DNA of 64,000 nucleotides from Schizosaccharomyces osmophilus (GCF_027921745.1 NC_079238.1:1240001-1304000); one strand, 5' to 3'; counted from the stretch's first letter, positions 1-10,690 are shown. Translations and numbers: made by a program. Notes: a model not told the origin generated them from the sequence alone.

Positions 1-75
1 CCATTATATTCATTGTACTTTCTACAAACATAAAACAAATTCATCTCGTCTATGCATCATTTAAGAACATTATCA

Positions 76-1335
76 TTAAAATGGATGAACACGGACGACT
101 GCACGTCCAATATATTCGACGACGTGTCCGGAAGTAGGCAGAGGATCATGATTGCTGAACGTGAGCGAAAATGAACTAGGGAATTCATTCGGCAAGTGAG
201 ATGCGACAAAGCTATGAAGGTCATGAATTTTATCTTCTTTAGAGAATTCATGGTATAGGGGCTTACCATCACCAAAATCAAATTTAACGGTCGCCGTGGA
301 TGGGTAAGTCTTTGGAGCATTTGAGCTAATCGTCCGAGAAGGTTGACTCGCTCTTTTTCGAAGAATATTTTGGTAAAGCTCCAGCTGGCTTTTGGAAGGC
401 TCTAGATCGTATTCATCCTGCTCTCTTTCACTTTTCTTTTCTTTTTTGACTTTGCTCATCATTGATCCTAAAATATTTTTGCTATTAAATCCTTTTGAGT
501 TTGAATTATCACTTGCTCGTGACGAATCCTGCAGACTTGGAGCTTCAATATCGGCGGCAGATGGGCTTGGCTCCTTCAAAGTTTCGAGTATAGCTTCTTT
601 TTTTTCCAAAGTTGACGGTTCCTCTTTTGGTGATGAGCCGATACTAGTCGGCTCAACTTTGGGGGTTTTTGCCTCTGGTGTAATTTCCCTGGTAGAAGGT
701 GCTATATCCACAGATTCTTTAACATGATATAAACCTTGCATATAAGGTGCTTTTTCAGGAGGTGAGTCTGAAGAATTGCTGTCTACGTTAGAATTAGGAG
801 ATGCAATCACTCTGTTAGGTTTTGTAGTTTCTATAGCTGGTTCGCTTGATTTAGGAATTAGACGAATGAGAACACTACCTTCATTCAAACCAAAGAATGA
901 AAGCGGTTGCTGAAACTCGGTTTCACGATATGCTCGTCCATTGATTAAAACATGGTCAACATTGGAAAGGAAAGAATGCTTATCCAACAAATGGAGCAAG
1001 ATATTTTGTGACGAAATCTGATCCACAACCCTCGGAAATCCAGGCATTTGAAGAGCAACTTTGAGTTGTCCACCAGATGCTGAAGATGATCCAGGTGACG
1101 CGTTGGATGGTTGTCGTGACTCCTTCAGTGTTAATTTGGACCCTTGCGAAAGGCCAGAATGCCGCATTAACGTCGAAAGATCTAGCTTTTTATCATTATG
1201 CAATAATTCCAAACGACTCCAGTCTGAAAATCCTAGTTTTTGGTATGAAGCAAGAACAACCTCTTGTAGCGGCGCAGAAGGCGTTAGTTTTACAGGATGC
1301 TTTTGAAACCCTTTACAGGCAAATACTGTAGTCAT
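76..1335 (-). CDS. ubx4: UBX-domain Cdc48/p97 cofactor, TUG/ASPL-like (Ubx4)
   Basis: 419-aa ORF. N-terminal TUG-type ubiquitin-like domain (KKLDLSTLMRHSGLSQGSKLTL), low-complexity linker, C-terminal UBX-like domain. Position next to rib7 fits recalled synteny. Confidence 0.85.
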   Translation of the reverse strand: MTTVFACKGFQKHPVKLTPSAPLQEVVLASYQKLGFSDWSRLELLHNDKKLDLSTLMRHSGLSQGSKLTLKESRQPSNASPGSSSASGGQLKVALQMPGFPRVVDQISSQNILLHLLDKHSFLSNVDHVLINGRAYRETEFQQPLSFFGLNEGSVLIRLIPKSSEPAIETTKPNRVIASPNSNVDSNSSDSPPEKAPYMQGLYHVKESVDIAPSTREITPEAKTPKVEPTSIGSSPKEEPSTLEKKEAILETLKEPSPSAADIEAPSLQDSSRASDNSNSKGFNSKNILGSMMSKVKKEKKSEREQDEYDLEPSKSQLELYQNILRKRASQPSRTISSNAPKTYPSTATVKFDFGDGKPLYHEFSKEDKIHDLHSFVASHLPNEFPSSFSLTFSNHDPLPTSGHVVEYIGRAVVRVHPF

Positions 1336-1775
1336 CGCTTTTCTTCAATTCTTTAGCAAGACTACGACTTTCCGCACAATGGGATTGGTTTTAGAAACCA
1401 CTCTGTTTGCTCAGACGAATTCAATAATACAGGTAACGTCAATCGTTACCTATGGTCGACGTATGGAAAAGCAAAGTAAAACTGCGAATAGAGAGTAAAT
1501 AGAGACAGACTAATCCTTTTATTCTATTTCTTTTTCTCTGATTGAAATTCTTTGAATAAAAAGTATGTAACGTAGAGCCATGTAACAACTGCTAATGGGA
1601 ATGCAGAGTGGGCTTTTCCTTGATCTGTTTATATAAGTATTGTGTAAGAGTTAGTAGAAAAAATAAAAAGCGTGAAAATAGGACTTCACTGTCAGAATTT
1701 TTAAGATAATTTTCTAAAAAAAATAATCAATTGATTGAGACTAGCCCAATTGGTTTCCTTGTGAAATAATGCTTC

Positions 1776-1796
1776 TTGTTTACTTACTTTGTTTAC
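1776..1796 (-). promoter_or_regulatory. Two tandem forkhead/FLEX-like sites (GTAAACAA)
   Basis: Plus strand has TTGTTTAC at 1776-1783 and TTTGTTTAC at 1788-1796, about 450 bp upstream of the ubx4 ATG. Confidence 0.4.
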
Positions 1797-1829
1797 GACA
1801 CCTAAAAATAAATTTCCCTACTTTTCCTG

Positions 1830-1831
<2 letters not shown>

Positions 1832-1860
<29 letters not shown>
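1832..1860. repeat. Poly(dA:dT) tract, 29 nt
   Basis: Uninterrupted A run just downstream of the tRNA gene. Confidence 0.95.
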
Positions 1861-1862
<2 letters not shown>

Positions 1863-1880
1863 ATTCGCATAAAAAAGTTA

Positions 1881-1886
1881 AAAAAA
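1881..1886 (-). terminator. Pol III oligo-dT terminator of tRNA-Tyr
   Basis: T run on the minus strand directly after the discriminator base; the run extends to 1880 and a second T run lies at 1871-1876. Confidence 0.85.
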
Positions 1887-1970
1887 TCTCTCGAGCCAGA
1901 TTCGAACTAGCGACCAACCGGTATCTTGAACATTACAGCCGGATGTGATAACCAACTACACCATCGAGAG
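1887..1970 (-). tRNA. tRNA-Tyr(GUA) with 10-nt intron (1923-1932)
   Basis: Minus strand reads CTCTCGA-TGGTGTAGTTGGTTATCACA-TCCGG-CT-GTA-A-[TGTTCAAGAT]-ACCGGT-TGGTC-GCTAG-TTCGAAT-CTGGC-TCGAGAG-A. Perfect 7-bp acceptor stem, A and B boxes, anticodon at 1936-1934, intron at the canonical 37/38 position. Confidence 0.97.
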
Positions 1971-2168
1971 AACTGTTGATATAGCTCTTTATAAAAACAA
2001 TATGTAATACAAAACTAGTTTCTTCTGACAATGTGAAATCCAGTCTAACTCTACTCATAGACTGAAATAGGTAACCCTGCAACGGTTAAGATTCCTCCAA
2101 ATTGGGGTTTTCTTGAAGATATAAAAAAAGACTATTGCTAGAATTTCTAGCTGTGTGCGAAGCTTTCG

Positions 2169-2966
2169 ATGGAAGTGAAACCAGCAATCTTCCCTCACGA
2201 ACAAAAAAACCATGTCTTGTTAACATGGGCACAGTCAATGAATGGGAAAATTGGATATAAAAATTATTCAGATGATGAGAAAGGAAATTTATTTCTAGGG
2301 CAATTGAAGATATCCTGCAAAGAATCTTTTCGTATGACGCATGGACTGCGAGCTTCGTTTGATGCCATTATGGTGGGCAGTAATACTGTTCGGAATGACA
2401 ATCCCAGCCTCACTTGTCGATACCCTCACCCAGAAGATTCCACATGTTTGGCTCCTCTTTCCATGCAGCCTATTCCCATCATCATTGACTCGCACCTTTC
2501 TCTAAATTATGCTTCCCTGAAGGTGATGGAGTTGGCGCGCTGTGGCCTAACAAAGGCCCCATGGATCGTTGTTGCTCCTAGCGTTATACAAAGGAAAACG
2601 AAAGATGCTCAATTACAGGAGAGATGGAATTGCATTGAGCATTACGGCGGTCAAATCTTTGTTCGAGATCAAGAATATCCAGAGAACTGGAAGGATTATG
2701 TACATTTGGAGAAGCTCCAGAGTAATGGCGCCTCAAGGATTATGGTAGAAGGAGGAGCGACCTTATTAAGAAAGGCATTTGAATCTAATTCATTCGATTC
2801 CCTCGTAGTCACGATTGCACCAAAGATGTTTTCTGATGAAGAAACAATAGGAATCTCTTATTTGAAACATCTCAACTTGAATCATGCTTTATGGATTCCA
2901 TGTGGATCTGATATTTTATTGACTACATACAAACATTTTCCAATGGAATTGTTGCAATTGAAGTGA
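2169..2966 (+). CDS. rib7: Riboflavin-pathway pyrimidine reductase (RibD C-terminal/Rib7)
   Basis: 265 aa with motifs LTWAQSMNGKIG, THGLRASFDAIMVGSNTVRNDNPSLTCR and MVEGGA. Confidence 0.92.
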   Translation: MEVKPAIFPHEQKNHVLLTWAQSMNGKIGYKNYSDDEKGNLFLGQLKISCKESFRMTHGLRASFDAIMVGSNTVRNDNPSLTCRYPHPEDSTCLAPLSMQPIPIIIDSHLSLNYASLKVMELARCGLTKAPWIVVAPSVIQRKTKDAQLQERWNCIEHYGGQIFVRDQEYPENWKDYVHLEKLQSNGASRIMVEGGATLLRKAFESNSFDSLVVTIAPKMFSDEETIGISYLKHLNLNHALWIPCGSDILLTTYKHFPMELLQLK

Positions 2967-3418
2967 AATGACTGGATATTTCAGGTTGACACAGATACAT
3001 CTTTGTTATATTTATGATTTCTGTTGAAGGAAAAGAGCGGATTTGCCATTGGGCTACTAGTATTATTGTGTGAGATGACATGAATGGCTCCAAGTTGGCA
3101 TTACAAGATGCTCAGAACACCAAAAGGGTTGTGTTTGGTCACATTCGAAAATACTTGATTGTTATATAATACTACTCTGAAGCGGTTAACTATGATGCGT
3201 AGATGGTAGAAATATCTTGAAAAAATGTATTCCTTTTCCATCCTAAAAAGAGTGATTCAATGGAGGGATCTAAACTCCCAAAACATTTCCAACAAAGGAT
3301 GTAGTAGTTAAAAAAACGATCATAAAAAGGAGGGTTCATTTCTCTTTTGAAATCTGCCTACTTTTCTCACTCGACTTTATTTAATCGTAGGTACCGATCT
3401 TCCATACAATTATACACT

Positions 3419-4263
3419 ATGTTGTCTCGAGCAAGTAAAATTCTGTGTATTGGAAGAAACTATACGTAAGTAATTTTTTAAGAGATATTTTGAAGGTTTG
3501 AATATGGTCTTGGAAGTCTTCAAGTAGGCGACTGCAGAGAAACGAGGTACCTGTACCTTTGGACATTCTAAAGTCAGGATTTCAACACTTCTTCATAACT
3601 AGGGATCATGGTATAGGACTAGTTTACTGATAAGAAATAACTATTAGTGCGCACATTCGTGAATTGAAAAATGCTGTTCCCAAAAAGCCCTTCTTCTTCT
3701 TAAAGCCCCCGAGTGCAATTGTTGAGCCCGGCAAAGGAAAATTACTAATTCCATCAGATGTTCAAGCACATTACGAAGTTGAGCTTGGGCTTGTTATAGG
3801 CTCCAAGCTGCCTGCTCGTCAACCCATTTTTCACTCCAAATGGACAGAGGCTATTGCTGGATACTTTGTAGGAATAGACGTTACCGCACGCAACCTTCAA
3901 AATGAAGCTAAGAAGGCAGGACTTCCTTGGTCTTTCTGCAAAGGATACGATACATTCTTGCCGGTGGGTCCCTTCATCCCAAAACACCAGGTTCCTGACC
4001 CTCACAATGTCATCGTCGAGCTTTCTCAAAATGATAAAGTCGTTCAGCATGAAAACACTTCATTGATGCTAAATCGTATTCCAAAAATCTTGGACAGTAT
4101 TACGGAGACCATGACTTTGCAACCTGGTGACCTGATACTGACTGGAACACCGAAAGGTGTTGGAAAAGTGTTTGCAAAAGACGTTCTTTCAGCTCGACTC
4201 TTAAGTGCTGAAGGAAATGAAATAACCCCTAGTGCTTTCTCCATACAAGCGGATGTCGTTTGA
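3419..4263 (+). CDS. Fumarylacetoacetate-hydrolase family protein (FAHD1/Fmp41-like); exons 3419-3465, 3648-4263
   Basis: Spliced N-terminus MLSRASKILCIGRNYTAHIREL restores the conserved CIGRNY..H..EL motif. Donor GTAAGT at 3466, acceptor TAG ending 3647. Motifs FFLKP, HYEVEL, KGYDTF, GDLILTGTP. Confidence 0.92.
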
Positions 4264-4785
4264 AACTGAGCTATGAAACATGCCACAGTCTTTTTCATCT
4301 AAAGTAAGGCGGAACCGCATTTCTGTTACTAAGAAAGCTTACTATGAATTCTATTCCCATATTTCTAAAAAAAGATTCATGGAATGGAATGTTTGCTACG
4401 AACCGTTCAGCCAAAGTTGCATCGAAAGGACACCCTACCTACTTTCTTTTCATGAGCTGACCGAAAGGTCTTATAATTCCTTTTATTTCTTATAATCTTT
4501 ATGAACATGTAAACTTCTTTCTGCTTCTTTATATGTAAACAAATAAAATTTTGACCAGCAGTCGGAACATCAGATCCCAGTAAATGTCCACGGAGTAAAT
4601 TAGTTGCGAAGAGATAAATTCACAAAAAAATTGTATCAAAAGAATATATTTATCTTTTCTTTTTTCTTTATTCAGGTTGAATTCAGTATTTTGAGGAAAC
4701 CTCAATTTGACGTTCGCAAATATCAAAGAACAAAAACAAGTTGAACAAAAGTTGCGAATAGACAACTATTTTCTTTTAAAGCAAT

Positions 4786-6099
4786 ATGACTCAAGCAAAT
4801 ATGAAGAGCACATATTCTTCAACGGAAATCCAAAAGTTGGAGCATGATTACGCTGCTCACAACTACCACCCTTTGCCAGTTTGTTTTTCCAAGGCTGAGG
4901 GCGCTAAAGTATGGGATCCTGAAGGAAAGGAGTATTTGGACTTTCTCTCGGCTTACTCCGCTGTCAATCAAGGACATTGCCATCCCAAGATCGTTGGTGC
5001 TTTAATAGAGCAAGCTCAACGTGTCACTTTGAGCTCTCGTGCATTCTACAATGATAAGTTTGGTCCTTTTGCCAAATATACCACTGAATACTTTGGCTAT
5101 GAGATGGTTATTCCCATGAACACTGGTGCTGAAGCCGTTGAAACTGCCTGCAAACTTGCACGTCTTTGGGGTTACAAGCAAAAGAAGATTGCCGATAACG
5201 AGGCCATTATCCTCTCCTGTGTCGATAACTTCCATGGTCGTACAATGGGCATCATTTCTATGTCCACTGACCCTGAAGCCCGTGATAACTACGGTCCCTA
5301 CTTGCCAAATGTCGGCCCTAAAGTCGAGGGTTCTGACCGCGTCTTGCGTTACAACAACTTGGACGACTTAAAGTTCTTCCTTGAAAACTATGGCCCTAGA
5401 GTTGCTGGTTTCTTAGTTGAACCTATCCAGGGTGAAGCCGGTGTTGTTGTTCCTGATGATGACTACTTGAGAACTGCTTACGAATTGTGCAAGGCTCATA
5501 ATGTCTTGTTTATCGCAGACGAAGTCCAAACCGGTATTGCTCGTACGGGTAAGATGCTTTGTATCGAACACTCTGGTGTCAAGCCAGATATGGTTATTCT
5601 CGGAAAGGCTATTTCTGGCGGTGTTTACCCCGTCAGTGCCGTACTCTCATCCAAGGAAATTATGCTCAACTTTGAACCCGGTACCCACGGATCCACTTAT
5701 GGTGGTAATCCTCTTGGTGCTGCTGTAGCCCTTGCTGCCTTACAGGTTGTCAAAGACGAAAACTTGGTCGAACGTGCTGCAGTATTGGGTAAAAAGTTTC
5801 GCAATGCTCTCAATGACTCCAAGTCTCCTCTTCTTCAAGTCGCTCGTGGTCGTGGTCTCTTGAATGCTATCGTCATTGACGAAACCAAGGCTAATGGCCG
5901 TACAGCCTGGGACTTGTGCTTGATTATGCGCTCCCGAGGTGTATTGGCCAAGCCAACTCATGGAAATATCATTCGCCTTGCTCCTCCCTTGGTCATCTCT
6001 GAAGAGGACCTGATGAAGGGCGTTGAAATCATCAAACAAGCTTTGGTTGAACTCCCAACCATCGATATGACTCCCTTCGCAGAGAACCCAATTCATTGA
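4786..6099 (+). CDS. car2: Ornithine aminotransferase
   Basis: 437 aa with [30 protein letters not shown] and the PLP-lysine motif LGKAISGG. Codon bias typical of a highly expressed gene. Confidence 0.97.
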   Translation: MTQANMKSTYSSTEIQKLEHDYAAHNYHPLPVCFSKAEGAKVWDPEGKEYLDFLSAYSAVNQGHCHPKIVGALIEQAQRVTLSSRAFYNDKFGPFAKYTTEYFGYEMVIPMNTGAEAVETACKLARLWGYKQKKIADNEAIILSCVDNFHGRTMGIISMSTDPEARDNYGPYLPNVGPKVEGSDRVLRYNNLDDLKFFLENYGPRVAGFLVEPIQGEAGVVVPDDDYLRTAYELCKAHNVLFIADEVQTGIARTGKMLCIEHSGVKPDMVILGKAISGGVYPVSAVLSSKEIMLNFEPGTHGSTYGGNPLGAAVALAALQVVKDENLVERAAVLGKKFRNALNDSKSPLLQVARGRGLLNAIVIDETKANGRTAWDLCLIMRSRGVLAKPTHGNIIRLAPPLVISEEDLMKGVEIIKQALVELPTIDMTPFAENPIH

Positions 6100-6726
6100 A
6101 TGGCCGGGTTGATGGGTTAAAAGATGAAGGAAAAAAAGGTAATATTCATGATAATTCACTGGATTTACAGTCGTTACTCTTCTATTTACATGTATAGAAC
6201 GAGTTGAGTTGATGAATGTAAATAAAATAATTAATCTGCTTAACAGCTAGTTGAAATGAAATCGTGTAAAATATACTTTAGTCAGAACTCGCCATTTTGG
6301 TTTTTTGAATAAAAAAAAAAAAGAACAAACTTGTACAGTTTACGGAATTCATGCAAGGAACAGTTTATGGTTAAAACACCTTGTTTCATGGATTAACATA
6401 CGAAGACTTGCACGAGAAGCTTAGGAACTTACTCAGTATATATCGTCTAGAGCTAAAGTGTGATTGTTTCCTTTTCTTTTTAAAAAGTATTATGTGAAGG
6501 TTTCGATTCACTGCGCATACAGTAATTGCAAAACTCTGAATTCGTCCATGCATTCGTAGAACAAGAAAAAAAAGAAAAATAGGAAATTTACGAAATGTTT
6601 ATGCTAAATTACAAAACTCTTCAAAAAATAATAAAGTGAACCAAAGGTCTAAAGAGTACTTCTAGTCTTCTCCAAAATCGCTTGCTGGCGGAAAACCTTA
6701 ATTCTGTTCGTACTTTACGTATAAAA

Positions 6727-7785
6727 ATGAGTAAAAAGCAAGCTTCTTCTGTACGTGATGCAAACTTTTCCATCAACGAGACATTTGGAGGCCGTTTACT
6801 GAAGGAAGAAGACCAAGTTTTTGATTTTAATGCCTGGTACGTCTAATAGCCATTGTGAGGATAAATAATTATAACTAAACCATTTAAGGGATCATGTAGA
6901 ATGGGACGAAGAGCATTTGTCCATGGCCGAGAAAAGGATTGCGGAGCAAAAGGAAAACCCGGTTGTAAATAAAGACGAATATATGGCAAATCCGAATGAG
7001 TATTGGGATAGGTTCTATGAGAAAAATGAAGGAAACTTTTTTATGAACCGAAGATGGATTGCTCAGGAATTCCCAGACTTACTTCAACTTGTACAACCTG
7101 ATATTGGACAAAAAGTGCTGCTAGAAGTAGGGTGTGGTGCAGGTAATACCATATGGCCTATATTAGCAGAGAATAAAAACAAAGAACTCAAAGTTTACCC
7201 TGTGGACTATTCCAAGAAGGCTATTGATGTCGTGTATCAAAATCCTCTATACGATCCCAACCATTGTCATGCATCTGTATGGGATTTAGCTGGACCAACG
7301 TTACCAGAAGGGCTTACCGAAAATTCTACAGATGCAGTTACCTTGATATTTTGTTTTTCTGCACTTTCACCTGATCAATGGAACCAAGCTGTTGACAATC
7401 TGTACCGAGTACTAAAGCCTGGGGGAGTTATCTTTTTCCGTGATTATGGACGTTTGGATTTGACTCAGTTACGAGCAAAAAAGAATAGGTATTTGGATGA
7501 AAATTTCTATATTCGTGGTGATGGTACCCGTGTTTACTATCTTGACAATGGTAAGTGGATTTATTTGCAGCTCTTGTACTAATTCTATTTTCAAGATGAG
7601 ATCCAAAAGATATTTGGAGAAAAATTCGAAATCTGTCAAAACGGAGTCGATAAAAGGTAAGTACTAAAATGAAGTGCATCTATGTGAACGTATGTTAACT
7701 AGTATACTTCAGACTGATTGTAAATCGCAAGAAGAAAGTGAAGATGTATCGCTGCTGGCTTCAAGCGAAATTCAGAAAAGAATAA
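6727..7785 (+). CDS. trm140: tRNA m3C32 methyltransferase (Trm140/METTL2 family); exons 6727-6836, 6889-7550, 7596-7656, 7713-7785
   Basis: Spliced product gives FGGRLL..NAW|DHVEW, EVGCGAGN, LKPGG..FRDYGRLD and C-terminal DKR|LIVNRKKKVKMYRCWLQAKF. All three introns have GT donor, branch motif and AG acceptor in frame. Confidence 0.92.
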
Positions 7786-7986
7786 TAGTTAGGATTACGC
7801 TGTTTTTGAAAAACTAGGAAAGTGTTTAATAGTCAATTGGTTCGGTGTCTTTTTGTAAATAAAAAAAATAACATAAAATTTATTTCTTCTAATGTACAAC
7901 ATCACTTTCCATCGTAGACTATAAAGAACATTATAAATGAACGGTTCTTTTTTTACACCTTTGAGGTAGCATTTGATGCGTCTAGT

Positions 7987-8379
7987 CTATTGAAAATTGT
8001 TTTCTGTTTCCATAACGCTTTGATCTTCACTCCAACTAGGAGTATCAATGTCATTTGGAATTGGCTTTACTCTTGCGAATGATAATTGTCTGCGCAAGAA
8101 CATTCCAAATTCTCTCGGCGTATAAGAACCCGTTACCGCCATTAATATACACAAAGAAGATGCAAACGTAGAAGCTGTTATAATTGAAGTAGTTGAGAAC
8201 ACTTTCCAGGCAAACAAAGTAGGACGAAATAATAGGTTCATGGTATGATTGGTAGTAAAGAAACGTGGCTTTTTCAAAATTGCTCTTTGCAAAACAATAG
8301 AGGAAGCAAACAATGCAGTGCTAGAAACGGTAAAGACACTGTCTAAAGGTAGAAAACCAGAAAATTGGGAAGAAACCAT
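7987..8379 (-). CDS. Small two-TM protein, Aim11/TMEM242-like (inferred)
   Basis: First ATG at 8379 gives 130 aa with two hydrophobic segments. PRFFTTNH and TPREFGMFLR resemble Aim11-family segments by eye. Confidence 0.6.
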   Translation of the reverse strand: MVSSQFSGFLPLDSVFTVSSTALFASSIVLQRAILKKPRFFTTNHTMNLLFRPTLFAWKVFSTTSIITASTFASSLCILMAVTGSYTPREFGMFLRRQLSFARVKPIPNDIDTPSWSEDQSVMETENNFQ

Positions 8380-8661
8380 TGCAACCCTTGTCTGTTCAAA
8401 AAAACCTAATTCTGCCAAACTGTAACCCTTAAATAACTTTTTAAATGATATTAAACTTTGTAAACATCCTTTGAATATAATATTGTTCAGTTAATTATCC
8501 TTTTTGGTGAAAAACTCCCCCACTGAGTTCGTGAAGTCGTGTCCTAAAGGAGGTAGGTAGGTAGGACGAAAGAGCAGAAGCGTAGAAAATAGAAAAGGCA
8601 ACAACTGAAGTAATAAACAGGAACCGAATATATTCATCAATTACGTTTATAAATACATGAT

Positions 8662-9666
8662 TTAGGAAAGCTTATCCACATTGAAAAAGAATTGAATCGT
8701 ATAAGTTGGTGCATCCCAGTATGTCCAAAATCGGCCTGGAGAACGGTCAATTTCATGCGCATCTATAAAAGAAGTTAATAAGAGAAGTGAAATTTAAAGA
8801 TTTTCTTACTTATTTTGAAAGCAACAGACTCGTACGGCTCAGCTGCAACGACCAAATACTGGAATTTCCGATCAGGAGCCTCGACTCTCTGCTCGTAAGC
8901 ACTCATGATACGATATCGAGGCCTAACATTTAATTGGATATCTGGGTACTTTAGTTGAAATCGAAGACCAAACTGGCCAGTTTCGGGGTCACGAATTTTG
9001 GAAGCTTTATACCCGGGTCTTCCAATTTTCATTATATTTTTTCGTAGGGGCACCTGCGACTGAGATAATCCTGTTTGGACTACAGGTGCAGTCCTTTGTG
9101 CCTTTCTGTTTTCCATAGCATCTCTGCGTGCCAAATTGGTTTGATGCGCTTTACCTTGAGTATGCGTCAAATATGAATTTTCGTTTGCATGCATGGTAAG
9201 ACACAAACGACACTCATAAGTTCCCAAATGATTTTTCATAAAGTAAGGATCCTACATCGTTAGCATACAGGCATTTGAACAAAAACTTTGTATGAGCAAA
9301 CAACCAATTCTTGAAACAATTGTCTCCCTCGATAAACGAACCACATCTCAACCACGCGATTGCAATTTCTATTGAATTAATAGATATCACATTGCTTTTG
9401 GATGAGAAGCTTAGCAGCTTATGCTTCATTTTCAAGAGGATGATGGGTCAAAACCCATTCATCCAACAAAAAAACATTTTTGGAGACAGCAAGCTATTCG
9501 CTTCAAAAACACAGTTCAATATCAAAGTAAAAAAACATACCTTGGAAAGATCTATCGTTTCCAATGCCAACTTTTTGAGACGCTCGCGACGAGCTGCATT
9601 CGTTTCTTGATATCCAGCGACACCGCCTCCTCCAAAGCGGCTACCTGCTCGATTTTGGTAGTCCAT
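8662..9666 (-). CDS. sap62: U2 snRNP SF3a subunit (Prp11/SF3A2); exons 9666-9541, 9251-8810, 8762-8662
   Basis: Spliced MDYQNRAGSRFGGGG..LETIDLSK|DPYFMKNHLGTYECRLCLTMH (U1C-type zinc finger), KIGRPGYK, AAEPYESVAFKI..FWTYWD. 669 nt in frame. Confidence 0.95.
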
Positions 9667-10690
9667 TTTTTTTGAAAATATTCAATCGTTCCTTAACTAA
9701 GGTCAAAACTGAAGGCAGAAGCTATCCTCGTTTTTGCACTTGAGAACAAGTTGGAATTGATTTAATGAAACTGAGCAGCGCATAAAAAACTTTAGCGTAG
9801 AGGGACGAAATATCATTAATAAACAAACCGTCTTGCTTTTCATTTGAGGTTTTTAGGAAGGTTGTTTAAATAATCGTTGTTTTTTTTGATAATTGGGCTT
9901 TTTCAGTTGCTTGAAAGGTTAGACAATATGTTCTTCTGTTTGCACAACAAGCTGTCTTATCATAGGGTACATTATGTGCATATCAAATGCATCGGAGATG
10001 AGAATTCTTTCTTGTTTTGTTTCTCTCATTTTCTAATAAAGCTATGTATGTCCCTTTAAGGATTTCCAGCTTATCAGGAGCATTGCTTTCCATTGTGCTT
10101 GCTGTATTTGTTCCATTCGACCTTACAAACATATAGGTGCAAAACTCAAAAGCAGAATCCGATCTGACAGAGAACGAAAACCATTACAATAAAAAAGTGG
10201 ACTCACAATTGGCTCTGATAGTCCTATTTTGACGAAACATTGGCATTCATATATACCTTAACCCAAGGATCATTCATCAATCAAGAAATAAAGAGACAGA
10301 CTAAACAACATATTATATTCCTATTTAATAAAAGAAAGAGAGAAGGTGGACCCTTATACCTTATAAACCTGAAGACACACCGTAATAAACCAAAAAAAAA
10401 GCTTGTACACACCCAAAAAAATTTAAAAAAATTGAAAAATTATAATATAAATAAAATAGAAATAGAAATAGAAAGTGAAAAAGCCTCTTGGTAGCAAGTA
10501 TATCCAACTTCGTTGTCTGTGCTTACTTCTATTCCTCCGCCATATACCTTCCTCACTGTATGCTCAATTAAGCTGTCTGGAAAGAAAGAGTCGATTTCTA
10601 AAGGATTGAATGAATTTTTAACAAAAAAGGGCATTCGGATTGTAAATTATTACATTGAAATCTTTCAATCTCCGACCTAACATACCTTTC

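Noticed and set aside
6727..7785. ABP140-style +1 frameshift in trm140
   Set aside because: There is no upstream actin-binding ORF, and the frame changes are fully explained by three introns.
9700..10690. Hidden small spliced gene in the sap62-mrx14 gap (hydrophobic stretch near 10062-10136, ORFs 9877, 10240 and 10440)
   Set aside because: No consistent start, donor and acceptor set gives a recognisable product; the ORFs reflect AT-rich low complexity.
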